This document shows positions 9,701-19,020 of a stretch of 64,000 nucleotides of DNA, piece after piece; position 1 is the stretch's first letter; each line of letters starts with the position of its first letter. Source of the DNA: an uncultured Rhodothermales bacterium (GTDB lineage: Bacteria > Bacteroidota > Rhodothermia > Rhodothermales > UBA10348); the NCBI GenBank assembly GCA_964512485.1, contig CAZEHJ010000004.1, positions 3,400-67,399 on the forward strand, written 5' to 3'. Both the position numbers and the translations under genes were made by a program. The notes beneath the pieces were generated by a model, which had not been told where the DNA came from, made no database searches, and was given only the letters and a program-made list of their open reading frames with translations.

Positions 9701-10551
9701 TATCAATACCGTATTACGTTGAAATAGAGGGAAATACAGCCAACGAGAAGAGATCCGGGCTCGTCATGCTTCTCTTTGTCCTGTGTGTGCTATTCGTCCT
9801 CCTGGACGTGGATCTTCTCGTTCGCCATGCGATGGATTCATTTGGCGGTCCCATCAAGTCGATGAATTCACCAGTCTGGCTCTGGACGATCAGGCAGGCA
9901 GCTGTTTATGCTCTTGGAATTGGATTTTTTACTCTCTGGGCTGGTGTGCTCGAAGGATTCGCTGTATCTCTGGCTCTTGGAGGCATTACAGTAGCCGTCG
10001 AATCGTGGAATACGTACCGAGCAATTGGGAATATCATGAACCTGACCTTCCTGAGACGGGCCGGATCGGGGTCCTGGATTCCATATAGAAACTCCACTGC
10101 TCGCATCGTCTCGATTTCCCTTGAGTCCGTCGAACTGGAGTTACTGAACGGAAATACCGTCAAAGTGGCCACCCATGCAATTCGACGCCTGTCACCGCGG
10201 AAATGGACGAGTAACTCAGTGGTAACAAATGAGTTTGAAATCCAGATATCCAGGATGTCCAATCTGAAGCTGGTCCGAAGCAGCATTGAGGAGACTCTGG
10301 CCTTGTACGCTCCCGAAGGAACATCCGGAAACGTCCATATCGAGTTTATAGATGTAAATGAAAGTGACACAATTGCTTCGATACGGACCGTAATCGACAA
10401 AGCTCGTCCTGATCATGGCATCATCAGTGCTGTGGTTGAGAAAGAGCTTGCCGCATACGGTGTTGAGCTGAGATCCGTCAGGCTTCATGCGCCAGATTCG
10501 CCCTTCGGCCCGCTCAAACTGGTTCAGCTCCCCGGTACCAAAGCGGCCTGA
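6736..10551 (+). CDS. Usher-like outer-membrane protein (2 Ig domains + beta-barrel + 2 carboxypeptidase-regulatory-like domains) fused to a C-terminal MscS-like module
   Basis: Signal peptide; aa ~38-250 two NEW3/COG1470-type Ig domains; aa ~261-700 amphipathic beta-strands; aa ~712-900 GRVTDEETGLPLSGV..SDDKGRF and GAIVQI..TSRSGSFRFDQLPSGEY; aa ~1005-1255 three hydrophobic helices plus MscS-like cytoplasmic domains. Confidence 0.6.
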   Translation: MRRSSYISVVLLITGLFAVAPSATAAFSFEEVSRQDEVSIDIIGGDSLAVDPGDVVTLVYKIHSDQSGVRNLTPSFDIPQGWSVVFGTDTLKLSPEEPTTRLVTYKVPESSLAGSYKINLALLDAEGNAIGNKSAGIGVNAIFAIDLDADPMETYAAAGKLVQVTFTLSNDGNAPISVNLDAVDRKFADVRLPYSSIDLAPKESVTFTAEINTDANLDHTQRANLRFEAQIAEKSEIFDFETVAFDIVPVYSRIRPKAARVPLSLALETVGDESGIMPQATIAAQTHLLGGNVSVIATLAEMPRQKFFGADQRLEIQYENEDVTVKLGDHSQSISPMTLTGEQGLGIGAEVKTTDWTFKGTVQRSRFVFPVQERFAASAAYQTSPSSFVSANLLHRNEFYDGTLLTLRSSSQPLGSSSRMDVECGIDSSEALRDPSCSVQFSDSGSRLSYRIRAQKASESFPGTLAGLRQISEYASFRLNDRFRLDNTYRRFDRSLGGGFARSSSLAKAGVTYTDRIHGGTLYLTAHGIRTKSTYSNIRSDADRSELIARTTLGYHMRSIGLTVSMEEGRTTSTSEQKAGSLRRFKTNFRVSPLPRWTLNASVEASTGSLSALSVRQSQKQYGLGSTISLPREWTASVIGFHSQVKTLIDQQYSSLRSGLSKSFRSGRTLSAQVQLNRSTGRSTVQTADYRLSFTTPLSMPFGGKGFDDEMLRGRVTDEETGLPLSGVLVFLGDKLAISDDKGRFVFPRPELAVEFLRVDQNSIGYDRTPAAAMPMEIDPSSFLNSELNLIISKASSITGDIFIYHNSASSDLLVGNPSDKLVQEGGINGAIVQISNEKHRQRTRTSRSGSFRFDQLPSGEYTIEIIRIQHEEHQQISTTSFKVFVKQGESEYVLFRVEPKRKSIRMIQSSTLSVGDPKDNIRKIPVLKGDHVSSDSVKTKKNDWKARTPNPETPVRNESKPAKGKWSDQMLDSAKEAPSDSLDAFSAVSIPYYVEIEGNTANEKRSGLVMLLFVLCVLFVLLDVDLLVRHAMDSFGGPIKSMNSPVWLWTIRQAAVYALGIGFFTLWAGVLEGFAVSLALGGITVAVESWNTYRAIGNIMNLTFLRRAGSGSWIPYRNSTARIVSISLESVELELLNGNTVKVATHAIRRLSPRKWTSNSVVTNEFEIQISRMSNLKLVRSSIEETLALYAPEGTSGNVHIEFIDVNESDTIASIRTVIDKARPDHGIISAVVEKELAAYGVELRSVRLHAPDSPFGPLKLVQLPGTKAA

Positions 10552-10632
10552 ACAACCCCTTACAGCGCGGTTCAACCTGTCTGTATTGCCGGAAGGCGTT
10601 TGGGCCCGAAATCCGCACCGATCTGGATTCGG

Positions 10633-11097
10633 TCAATCTCCGAAGTTGAGAACTGATCCCTCGTATTCTTCCCCGTTAATCGAATAGCAATACTCGATCT
10701 GAGCGCTCTTGGCCAGCATTTCCGCCACCGAGCAGTATTTGCCCAGACCCAATTCGATCGCGCGCCTGGTCTTTTTCTCATCCAGAGTCCCTTCGAATCG
10801 ATAGGACAAGATGATGCGCTCGTAGGTTGAGGGCGAAACACCATCCGGTTTGAATCCATCAACTTGCATATTGAAGCCGGTGAGCTCCTGACGTCCTTTC
10901 TTTAGTATAGAAACGATGTCACCCCCACTGCAGGCACCGATCGCAATCACGATCAGCTGCATGGGGCCTACTCCGTTGCCGTCGCCATCTTCGTACGCCG
11001 TTGCGTCATCGATGTCAACCGAGTGGCCGTCAGCATTGAAGCCGCGAAAATGGAAATCATTGTCCTGTTTTTCAAGGCGAACAGATACTTTGCCCAT
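10633..11097 (-). CDS. OsmC/Ohr family (YhfA-like) protein
   Basis: GVGPMQL..AIGACSGGDIVSILKKGRQ and KYCSVA two-Cys motifs; probable start MGKVSV at 11097 (ORF track extends to 11151). Confidence 0.9.
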   Translation of the reverse strand: MGKVSVRLEKQDNDFHFRGFNADGHSVDIDDATAYEDGDGNGVGPMQLIVIAIGACSGGDIVSILKKGRQELTGFNMQVDGFKPDGVSPSTYERIILSYRFEGTLDEKKTRRAIELGLGKYCSVAEMLAKSAQIEYCYSINGEEYEGSVLNFGD

Positions 11098-11107
11098 CAG
11101 ATAGTCC

Positions 11108-11908
11108 TCAGTCGGTGGCGGATTCTTCTTCGTTCCAAGTCCAGGTACCAAGATCTTCCAAGGTGTGATAAGCCGTCAGGTCGTGTTGAATGGGTGTAAT
11201 TGAGACCCACCCATTTTCGACAGCCCATAAATCGGTGTTGTCGCCTGTGTCCAGGTTTACAAATGTACCTGATAGCCAGTAGTATGGTCTGTTAAACGGG
11301 TCGAGTCGTTCAGCAAACGACTCCTCCCACATGGATCTGGCCTGTCTCGTAACCATGCAGCCTTGTAATTCGGACAGCGGAAGATCTGGGACGTTCACGT
11401 TGAGCAGAATTCCGGGCATCAACCCTCCCTGCAGTACACGAACTGCTATATCTTTTGCCACTCGTGCGGATGCTTCGAAGTCGCCCCCTCCCCATTTGCA
11501 GTAGGAAAAGGCGATTGCGGGTATTCCCAGAATGGCCGCTTCTGTGGCCGCGCTGACCGTACCGGAATAGATCACGTTTACAGCCGTGTTGGGCCCATGA
11601 TTAATCCCAGAAACGACCAGATCAGGCTTTCTGGGGACGAGCTTGTCGAGTGCAAGCTTCACACAGTCGGCTGGAGTCCCCGAGACCGCATAGGCTTGAA
11701 TCTGACCCGATGGTCCCCGGAATGGCCAGGGCCGGGCTCTGACAGGATCACGCATCGTTATCGCATGGCCTACCGCACTCATTTCCTGAAGCGGGGCAAC
11801 GACTATCAGATCTGCAATTGAATCCAGAGCTGCAGCGAGCGACAGAATACCGGCAGCTTCAATTCCATCATCATTGCTGATCAGAATCAGCGGGCGATCA
11901 TTTTTCAT
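11108..11908 (-). CDS. surE: 5'/3'-nucleotidase SurE
   Basis: [39 protein letters not shown] motifs. Confidence 0.97.
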   Translation of the reverse strand: MKNDRPLILISNDDGIEAAGILSLAAALDSIADLIVVAPLQEMSAVGHAITMRDPVRARPWPFRGPSGQIQAYAVSGTPADCVKLALDKLVPRKPDLVVSGINHGPNTAVNVIYSGTVSAATEAAILGIPAIAFSYCKWGGGDFEASARVAKDIAVRVLQGGLMPGILLNVNVPDLPLSELQGCMVTRQARSMWEESFAERLDPFNRPYYWLSGTFVNLDTGDNTDLWAVENGWVSITPIQHDLTAYHTLEDLGTWTWNEEESATD

Positions 11909-11976
11909 CTACGCATCATTGGTCTACACTTTGTGGCCTGGGCGAGTTGACTTACGCGATACTATCAACTCGAAGT

Positions 11977-12810
11977 TCAGTAGCTCTCATCATTCGACGG
12001 AAACTGACCGGTGCGAACATCGCTTATGTATTGCTGAACCCGCTCGGTAATAAGATCTCCCAGATGAGCATAACGACGAACAAAGCGTGGATTAAAATCA
12101 GTCGTTAATCCCAGGGCATCATGGGTTACGAGAACCTGGCCATCACAGGCTGGGCCTGCTCCTATTCCAATTGTGGGTACGGAAAGAGACTCCGAAACCT
12201 GCTTGCCCAATGGAGCCGGTATTTTCTCCAGCACGATTCCAAACACTCCCGCCTTTTCCAGCAGTACAGCATCCTCTTTCAACTCCTCTGCTTCGATCTC
12301 TTCCTGCGCTCGTACCTGGTAGGACCCGAAGCGGTAGATCGATTGAGGAGTCAAACCCAGGTGGCCCATAACAGGAATACCTGCCTCGAGAATGCGCTCG
12401 ACGATCGGGATCACGGTCTTCCCTCCTTCAACCTTCACAGCATGTGCACCGGACTCTTTCATCACCCGAACGGCCGAAGACAGAGCCTCTTTGGAATTGC
12501 CCTGATAGCTACCGAAAGGCAAGTCTACGACGACAAGTGCCCTTCCTACCCCCCGCACCACGCACTGGGCATGGTAGATCATCTGATCCAGCGTTATCGG
12601 AAGAGTAGTCTCATGACCCGCCATGACGTTCGATGCCGAATCCCCGACAAGGATCACGTCCAGGCCAGCAGCATCCAGTATACGGGCTGACGTGTAGTCG
12701 TAGGCCGTGAGCATGGCAATACGAACGCCGGAGCGTTTCATTTCCTGAAGGGTCCGGGTCGTAACCCTGACTGCCTTATCCGGAGATGGTCTGGTGGACT
12801 CTGTACTCAT
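11977..12810 (-). CDS. panB: 3-methyl-2-oxobutanoate hydroxymethyltransferase
   Basis: [40 protein letters not shown] motifs. Confidence 0.98.
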   Translation of the reverse strand: MSTESTRPSPDKAVRVTTRTLQEMKRSGVRIAMLTAYDYTSARILDAAGLDVILVGDSASNVMAGHETTLPITLDQMIYHAQCVVRGVGRALVVVDLPFGSYQGNSKEALSSAVRVMKESGAHAVKVEGGKTVIPIVERILEAGIPVMGHLGLTPQSIYRFGSYQVRAQEEIEAEELKEDAVLLEKAGVFGIVLEKIPAPLGKQVSESLSVPTIGIGAGPACDGQVLVTHDALGLTTDFNPRFVRRYAHLGDLITERVQQYISDVRTGQFPSNDESY

Positions 12811-12852
12811 ATATATGGGGGCAGATATTTATGCGCGGGTCGCAATATAAAG

Positions 12853-12883
12853 AAAGGCGGGCGCCCTGTGGGCGCCCGCCTTT
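12853..12883 (-). terminator. Intrinsic terminator downstream of the bamA-skp-skp operon
   Basis: Perfect 14-bp stem AAAGGCGGGCGCCC/GGGCGCCCGCCTTT, followed on the minus strand by TTTCTTT; also T-rich on the plus strand. Confidence 0.85.
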
Positions 12884-12904
12884 TAAAGCGCTTCGAATTC
12901 AAAC

Positions 12905-13450
12905 TCAGTTCGAGGCAGTCGTGTCTTCTTCGATTTCAATACCGAGTGCCTGGGCAATATCGACATTGATATTGATAACCTTCTCAGGATTGACGTAAAG
13001 CAACGCAGGAGATCGAATGACGATGTCGAGTCCTTTCTCAGCTGAGATCGAATCGATTGCGTCCTGCACTTTCTGAAGCAGCGGTGCCATCAATTCGTCC
13101 TGACGTGCAGCCAGTTCCTGATCCTTGGCAGCCGCTGAATTCTGTATTTCTGCCTGGAGCGCGGCAAGTTCACCTTCTCGTTCTGCCTGACGTTCCGCCG
13201 ACAGGAGCGGCTGCTGACGCTGGTACCGATCAACGCGTTCCTGAAAGTCCTCTGCAAGCGCCTGAAGAGCATCCTGGCTCGTGCGGTACTCTACTGCAAT
13301 CTGCTGCTGGACGCCTTGATACTCAGGCATATACGTGATAATAATTTCAGGATCGGCATAACCAACCTTGAGAGCCTGTGCAGAGGCATCCGTCTGCGTA
13401 AAGCCTATCATCATGAAGGCTACTACGATGCTGAAAATGAATTTTTTCAT
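12905..13450 (-). CDS. skp: OmpH/Skp periplasmic chaperone (copy 2)
   Basis: Signal peptide, KVGYAD, coiled coil, L..KVQDAI..I..EKGLDIV; follows bamA. Confidence 0.9.
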   Translation of the reverse strand: MKKFIFSIVVAFMMIGFTQTDASAQALKVGYADPEIIITYMPEYQGVQQQIAVEYRTSQDALQALAEDFQERVDRYQRQQPLLSAERQAEREGELAALQAEIQNSAAAKDQELAARQDELMAPLLQKVQDAIDSISAEKGLDIVIRSPALLYVNPEKVININVDIAQALGIEIEEDTTASN

Positions 13451-13547
13451 GTCTGTTATTTAGTCACTTCGGCTGCGTGGCAGCGTTCGTGCTGGATTAT
13501 GCGGTTGAACAAACGTTCAACCTGTTTTTGGAGTTTAGATGTGTCTC

Positions 13548-14096
13548 TTAACCGCGGGTACTCACAACGTCTATGCCAAGTTCTCTGAGAACGGTATCAG
13601 AAAGATCGAATTGATCGCGCTTGAACATGAACAGGAACTCCCCGTTGATATCAAATACGTAATCATATCCCTCAGACGTGGCCACTTCGTCGATTGCTTG
13701 AAGAATTTTTTCCTGAACTGGCCTCATGAGCTGTTCCTGATTCAGAAATATATCCCCTTCAGGGCCAAAATACTTGACCCGCAGTCTTTCCAGGTCTTCT
13801 TCGGCTCTCACGATTTCCTGTCTGCGCCGCTGCCGTTCTTCATTGGTATAAAGCAGCTCTCTGGCCTGGTATTCACGAAATTGCTCGTCCAATTCTCCTC
13901 GGAGACCATCCAACTCCTGTTGCCAGGTTTGGGCCATTCGGTCAAGCTGTTGTTGAATAGTCGCGTATTCCGGAAGAGCATTCAGGATATATTCGGAATC
14001 GATATATCCAATCTTCTGCTGTGCACTGGCAGACTGAAAAGGAATTACAAGCGCAAAAACCAGAGCAGCTAGAAGGGTAGACAGATTCTTAGTCAT
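13548..14096 (-). CDS. skp: OmpH/Skp periplasmic chaperone (copy 1)
   Basis: QKIGYIDSEYIL..LPEY, P.QEKI..AIDEVA..EGYDYVFD, DLSD.VL.ELG. Confidence 0.93.
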   Translation of the reverse strand: MTKNLSTLLAALVFALVIPFQSASAQQKIGYIDSEYILNALPEYATIQQQLDRMAQTWQQELDGLRGELDEQFREYQARELLYTNEERQRRRQEIVRAEEDLERLRVKYFGPEGDIFLNQEQLMRPVQEKILQAIDEVATSEGYDYVFDINGEFLFMFKRDQFDLSDTVLRELGIDVVSTRG

Positions 14097-14166
14097 CGTA
14101 CTGGCGTTGATTATTGACGGCGGAAGTTGGTAACAAGCTGTACAGTATTCAGGACTCCGTTACTTG

Positions 14167-16644
14167 TTACTGTCCGAAACTCTGGCCCAGGCTGAACTGG
14201 AAGGACCACTTTTTCGAGCCGTCGTGTTTGCTGTCAATCGCTTCAAATTCGTCAAAATTATAACCGTATGCCATTTCTACCATACCGAGAATCGGCAAGA
14301 AAAACTTCATTCCGAAGCCTGCTGACCGAAACAGATCCGTCGGATTGTACGATTTGAAGTCATGCCAAGCGTTTCCAGCGTCAATAAATGCATATGGGAC
14401 GGCCTGAAGCTGCTCCGATTGAACGGCCGACCATTTCAATTCAGCAGAGTATTTATTCAATATCTGACCACCGAAGGGCTCGTTGTCAGATGCTCTCGGG
14501 CCAATTGCTCCTAAAGAGTACCCTCTCATATAGACGATGTCCTTTCCGAAGAAATTGAAAAAACCCTGCGTGTCGAAAGGAGAGCCACCAACAATGAAGC
14601 GTTCGAAGGCCACATCATCCCCATTCAATGATCCGATATACCCATAATCAGCGGCAAGGCTGAGAGACAGCTTCGGTGCGATAGGTGTATTCCAGGAGTT
14701 CTTCATTCTCCACTTGTGATACTGGATCAGATTTCCGAGCGGAGGCGCAATTTCAAGAGACAGGGAGAAAGTCGATCCACTCTGAGGGAAAAACGGATGA
14801 TCCGCCGTGTTTCTGGAGAGGGACTGTTGGATTGTGATTTCCTGGCTCACACCAAATGGTAGTGTAGAAATCCATTCCTCATTGTTGTAATACTGATAAC
14901 CCAGAGATGTCGAAGTCCTGAACCATGGATCAGGCCATTTCAAACGCTGCTCGAAAAATACACGCTGATTGAACGTCTGCAATTTTCCGCCTGAACTTCC
15001 CGATCTGATAATGTTCTGTGCGATGCGCGAGTAGGAAGTGGAGAACCCGACGGGCCTCGGTTTCCCTTTGAACCAGGGCTCGGTGAAAGAAAGTGAATAC
15101 TGCTGATACAGGCGACCGCTGGTCTGGACACCCACAGAGAATCGCTGTCCATCTCCGGATGGGAGCGGCTTCCACTCCTTCGCTTTGAAGAAATTCTGCA
15201 TCGAGAAGTTGTTGAACGTAAATCGCAGCATCAGAATCAGACCGAACTGACCCCAGGTACCAGATAATTCCAACTGATCGGTGCCAGCTTCCGCAAGATT
15301 GTATTGTAGATCAACTGTTTTGCTCTCTTCCCTGACGTCGATGCCAGGCCCACCGGCAAGAGATTCCTGCGTGAAATAGTTCAACTGCATCAGGCGCCTG
15401 ATTGAATCCTGAATCGCATTTCGACTGAACGTGTTTCCCGGCACCGTGGTCAATTCACGTCGCACGACATGATCCTTTGTCTTGGTGTTGCCAGCGATAT
15501 TTATTGTCCCGTAGTTGTAGACATCTCCCTCGAACAGGTCAAAAAGCAGGTCGAGGCTATCTCCCACAACAGTAATCCGAGGCTCGACACTGAAGCGCAT
15601 ATAGCCGGAATTGAAATACAGACTTGATACGTCTCTGTTCTTTCCGACACCATACAGATTTTCGGTCAACATCTTGGAGTTGTATGCATCTCCTTCGAGA
15701 ATTCCGAGGCGCTCATTAAGCATTTCTTCCGGGAAAAGAGTGTTTCCCTCCCACTTGATGCTTCTGACGTGATACTGTGGGCCTTCGACAACTTCCAGGT
15801 CAACTACCAGGAATGGCTTCTTGCTGTCAGCATTCTCAATGAATACTGAGTCCCGAACGACGCGCGCATCGAAATATCCATTTTCATTGTACTTCGCAAC
15901 GATGCGATCAAGATCTTTCTCGTACTCGCTGCGATCCATCTTGCCGCTACGCCAGAATCTGAGGCCACCTTTCGGTTTGGTTTCCATGGCACCGATTACC
16001 TTGGACTCGGACAAACCTTCGCTTCCGGAAATATTGATCTCGCGAACTTTTACTTTCGGACCACGATCTATCAGGAAGTCGACCGACTCCGTGTTATCAG
16101 GGTGGGACGATTTTGTCACTTCTACTTCGGCCAGAGGAAAGCCCTTCTCAGCGTAAAAGTCTGTGATGATTTGGACGCTTCTCGCGATGCTGTTCTCGTG
16201 GACCGGTCCACGCGTTACGAGAGGGACCTCTTTGCGCAGGTCTTTTGCGTGTCCCTTCTTTATTCCCGAGAACTGATACTCCCTCAATTTGGGGACTTCG
16301 CGCACCCGGATCACCAGATATACCCCCTGACCGACCTTTCTCTCCTGAACGATCTGGACATCTTCATAGGTACGCAGACGATAAATAGCCCGAATGGCAT
16401 CTCCGAGAGCAGGATCGCCCGGAATCGTCATTTTCTGTCCTATGAGAAGACGAGACGTCTGCTGCACAAAACTGTTGGAATAATCGTCACTCGTGCCTTC
16501 AACGGAGATTCCGAGAATTTCAACAATCTCAGGGTTTCCAAGGGGACCGCGCGCATCTGAGAGCGCCTGACCGGTCAATTGCGCGTGCGATGCTCCCGTT
16601 ACTGTTGCCAGTAGAAGTAGGATAAAAAGGGCTTTGAGCCTCAT
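14167..16644 (-). CDS. bamA: Outer membrane protein assembly factor BamA
   Basis: POTRA repeats (GNTKTKDHVVRRE), MRGY motif, FIDAGNAW, FGYG-like strand, terminal FQFSLGQSF. Confidence 0.96.
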   Translation of the reverse strand: MRLKALFILLLLATVTGASHAQLTGQALSDARGPLGNPEIVEILGISVEGTSDDYSNSFVQQTSRLLIGQKMTIPGDPALGDAIRAIYRLRTYEDVQIVQERKVGQGVYLVIRVREVPKLREYQFSGIKKGHAKDLRKEVPLVTRGPVHENSIARSVQIITDFYAEKGFPLAEVEVTKSSHPDNTESVDFLIDRGPKVKVREINISGSEGLSESKVIGAMETKPKGGLRFWRSGKMDRSEYEKDLDRIVAKYNENGYFDARVVRDSVFIENADSKKPFLVVDLEVVEGPQYHVRSIKWEGNTLFPEEMLNERLGILEGDAYNSKMLTENLYGVGKNRDVSSLYFNSGYMRFSVEPRITVVGDSLDLLFDLFEGDVYNYGTINIAGNTKTKDHVVRRELTTVPGNTFSRNAIQDSIRRLMQLNYFTQESLAGGPGIDVREESKTVDLQYNLAEAGTDQLELSGTWGQFGLILMLRFTFNNFSMQNFFKAKEWKPLPSGDGQRFSVGVQTSGRLYQQYSLSFTEPWFKGKPRPVGFSTSYSRIAQNIIRSGSSGGKLQTFNQRVFFEQRLKWPDPWFRTSTSLGYQYYNNEEWISTLPFGVSQEITIQQSLSRNTADHPFFPQSGSTFSLSLEIAPPLGNLIQYHKWRMKNSWNTPIAPKLSLSLAADYGYIGSLNGDDVAFERFIVGGSPFDTQGFFNFFGKDIVYMRGYSLGAIGPRASDNEPFGGQILNKYSAELKWSAVQSEQLQAVPYAFIDAGNAWHDFKSYNPTDLFRSAGFGMKFFLPILGMVEMAYGYNFDEFEAIDSKHDGSKKWSFQFSLGQSFGQ

Positions 16645-16807
16645 GAAGTACTGCCTGTTTCGATTCCTGCGAGTTCCGGAATGATGATCCCGCTTCTTAG
16701 AAGCGCATGAACGGTTCGCGCCAATTCGGGTTTCCTCGTTATCGGGGCAATCCGCTGTGCCGTCTTAACGAAGCCGGGAGGTCGATTATTGTCTCTCCGA
16801 CTCGATA

Positions 16808-17563
16808 TCAGCTTTCACTTAGTACCCTGCCAAAGCGGCGCTCACGTTCCTGAAAATCTCGAATGGCTGCATACAGATTCTCTCTCCTGAAATCCGGCCA
16901 GTAGACCGACGAAAAATGGAGTTCGGTGTATGCGGACTGCCAGAGCATGTAGTTTGAAATTCGACGCTCTCCTCCCGTTCGCACAAGCAGATCAGGATCC
17001 GAAAAGTCAGAGGTGGAAAGATGACGGGAAATGAGGTTTTCATCAATCTCTTCCGGATTTAATTCACCCGCTTTGATCTGAACAGCCAGAGATCTCATTG
17101 CATGGGTCAAATCCCATCTTCCGCTATAAGAAAGTGCCAGTGTCAGCGTCATTCGGTTATAGTCCGCGGTGTCTGAAATCACTTCTTCCAATTCGCGTTG
17201 ACAGGCTGAAGGCAGTTTTTCGATATCCCCAATGGCGTTCAGGCTTATCTGATTGTCGTGAAACGTTACGGCCTCGCGCTTAAGTGCCTTGATCAACAGT
17301 TGCATCAGCGCGTTGATTTCGGCGAGAGGTCTGTTCCAGTTCTCGGTCGAGAATGTGTACAGCGTGAGGTTTGGGATACCCAGCTCAGCACACGCTTCGG
17401 TTACGTCGCGCACTGAGTGTACTCCAGCCTTGTGGCCTTTCACTCTGGGGTATCCGCGTTCTTTTGCCCATCTACCATTTCCGTCCATAATGACGGCAAT
17501 ATGTTTGGGCAGCGGACCATTCTGCTTGAGCTGCAGCTGTATTTCAGAATCTGCCTTGCTCAC
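16808..17563 (-). CDS. uppS: Undecaprenyl/isoprenyl diphosphate synthase
   Basis: HIAVIMDGNGRWA, YTFSTENW, DPDLLVRTGGERRISNYMLWQ. Confidence 0.98.
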   Translation of the reverse strand: MSKADSEIQLQLKQNGPLPKHIAVIMDGNGRWAKERGYPRVKGHKAGVHSVRDVTEACAELGIPNLTLYTFSTENWNRPLAEINALMQLLIKALKREAVTFHDNQISLNAIGDIEKLPSACQRELEEVISDTADYNRMTLTLALSYSGRWDLTHAMRSLAVQIKAGELNPEEIDENLISRHLSTSDFSDPDLLVRTGGERRISNYMLWQSAYTELHFSSVYWPDFRRENLYAAIRDFQERERRFGRVLSES

Positions 17564-17565
17564 GA

Positions 17566-18948
17566 TCAGAGTTTGAGCAAATCATTGAAAATGACGAAGA
17601 CCATGAATGCCAACAAGATCATCATTCCAACCTGCTGTAAAGCCATTCTGATCTTGAGGGATGGCTCTTTTCGAACAATGCCCTCATATATGAGAAAGAC
17701 GAGGTGTCCACCGTCAAGAGCCGGAATCGGTAAGATGTTTATGATCGCCAGAGTGATGGACAGCATCGCAACGATATTCCAGAAAAACGGAGCTCCCATG
17801 TCTGCTGCTTCCTTTGTGACCTTGGCGATCATGACCGGTCCGCCAATGTTTTGACGGAAGCTGTCTTGGCCAACGAAAATGCGTTTGAGACTGGCTGCAA
17901 CCATTCGTGTGTTTGTCCACGTATCAGCTGTTCCACTTATGATCGCCTCACCCAGTCCGTAGTCCTTTAAACGGATGAGCTGCGTAATCCCCATCAAATA
18001 CTGACCGGAAGAAAGATTGGCGGCCATCGTGACTTCATAACCAACTCCGCCAATTGTCTGGAGCGAATCCGGAAGCCTAACCGCTCCTCCGCCCACAGCC
18101 TGGGAAATCGAATCAGGACGGACAAACCTGAGCACGAACTCCTCTCCTTCCGTGGCCTGCAAGGCCAGGGGGATTTCAGAAAAGAACGTAATAGTTGAAT
18201 CACCCACGTTTGTGATTCGGTCTCCCGGAAGTAGTCCTTTCTCTTCTGCTGGAGTATTGACACCAACAAATCCGACAATTGCAGGATCGAAGTCTATCCC
18301 GAAAGAACCTCCGGACTCATTCAGTTTTGTCATTATGTCGCGAGGACCTTCCAGACGAAGCAGTTCCCCTTTTCGATCGACATCGATGATCAGTGGATCG
18401 GCCAGAAGCAACTCTTCCATGCCCCCCAGGCCCTCCAGGACATCGACAGGTTTGCCATTCACCGCCGAGATCATGTCGCCGGTTCGCAGTCCCATTTCGT
18501 GAGCGACAGATTGCTCTGAGACCACGACGGCTCCCACAGCCGGATCATACGCTTCACCGTAGCCGGCCTTGAGCGTTATGAAGATTATCGCTGCGAGAAT
18601 AAAGTTGAATAGAACGCCTCCCGTAATAACCAGGATTCGTTGCCACACCGGTTTGGCCCTGAACTCGTAAGGCTGAGGCTCGGCTTCCATGAACTCTGTG
18701 TCCATGCTCTCATCGACCATTCCGGCAATCTTGACATAGCCCCCCAGAGGAGTGAGGCCAATGACGTATTCCGTTTCGCCAACTTTTTTGCCTATGATTT
18801 TCGGTGGAAATCCGACAGAGAACTTTTCGACCTTCATCTTGAAAAGCTTGGCGAACAGGAAGTGTCCCAGCTCGTGGATGAAGACCAGAATCATAATGGC
18901 CAGCAGAACCCAACCGACGTAGGGCAGAAAATTTAGAATCGCGTCCAT
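17566..18948 (-). CDS. rseP: RIP metalloprotease RseP
   Basis: HELGH, LGGYVKIAGM, PDZ domains, NILPIPALDGGH. Confidence 0.97.
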   Translation of the reverse strand: MDAILNFLPYVGWVLLAIMILVFIHELGHFLFAKLFKMKVEKFSVGFPPKIIGKKVGETEYVIGLTPLGGYVKIAGMVDESMDTEFMEAEPQPYEFRAKPVWQRILVITGGVLFNFILAAIIFITLKAGYGEAYDPAVGAVVVSEQSVAHEMGLRTGDMISAVNGKPVDVLEGLGGMEELLLADPLIIDVDRKGELLRLEGPRDIMTKLNESGGSFGIDFDPAIVGFVGVNTPAEEKGLLPGDRITNVGDSTITFFSEIPLALQATEGEEFVLRFVRPDSISQAVGGGAVRLPDSLQTIGGVGYEVTMAANLSSGQYLMGITQLIRLKDYGLGEAIISGTADTWTNTRMVAASLKRIFVGQDSFRQNIGGPVMIAKVTKEAADMGAPFFWNIVAMLSITLAIINILPIPALDGGHLVFLIYEGIVRKEPSLKIRMALQQVGMMILLAFMVFVIFNDLLKL

Positions 18949-19020
18949 GGATTCCCCTGTGACGGGGCCGCTTGGTAATATTTATTCAGACTTGGTCTGA
19001 AGGGAATGTAGAGAAGCGCT

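Noticed and set aside
1120-10551. Recently acquired genomic island or mobile element
   Set aside because: No integrase, transposase, tRNA or flanking direct repeats seen, and base composition looks similar to the flanks by eye (not computed).
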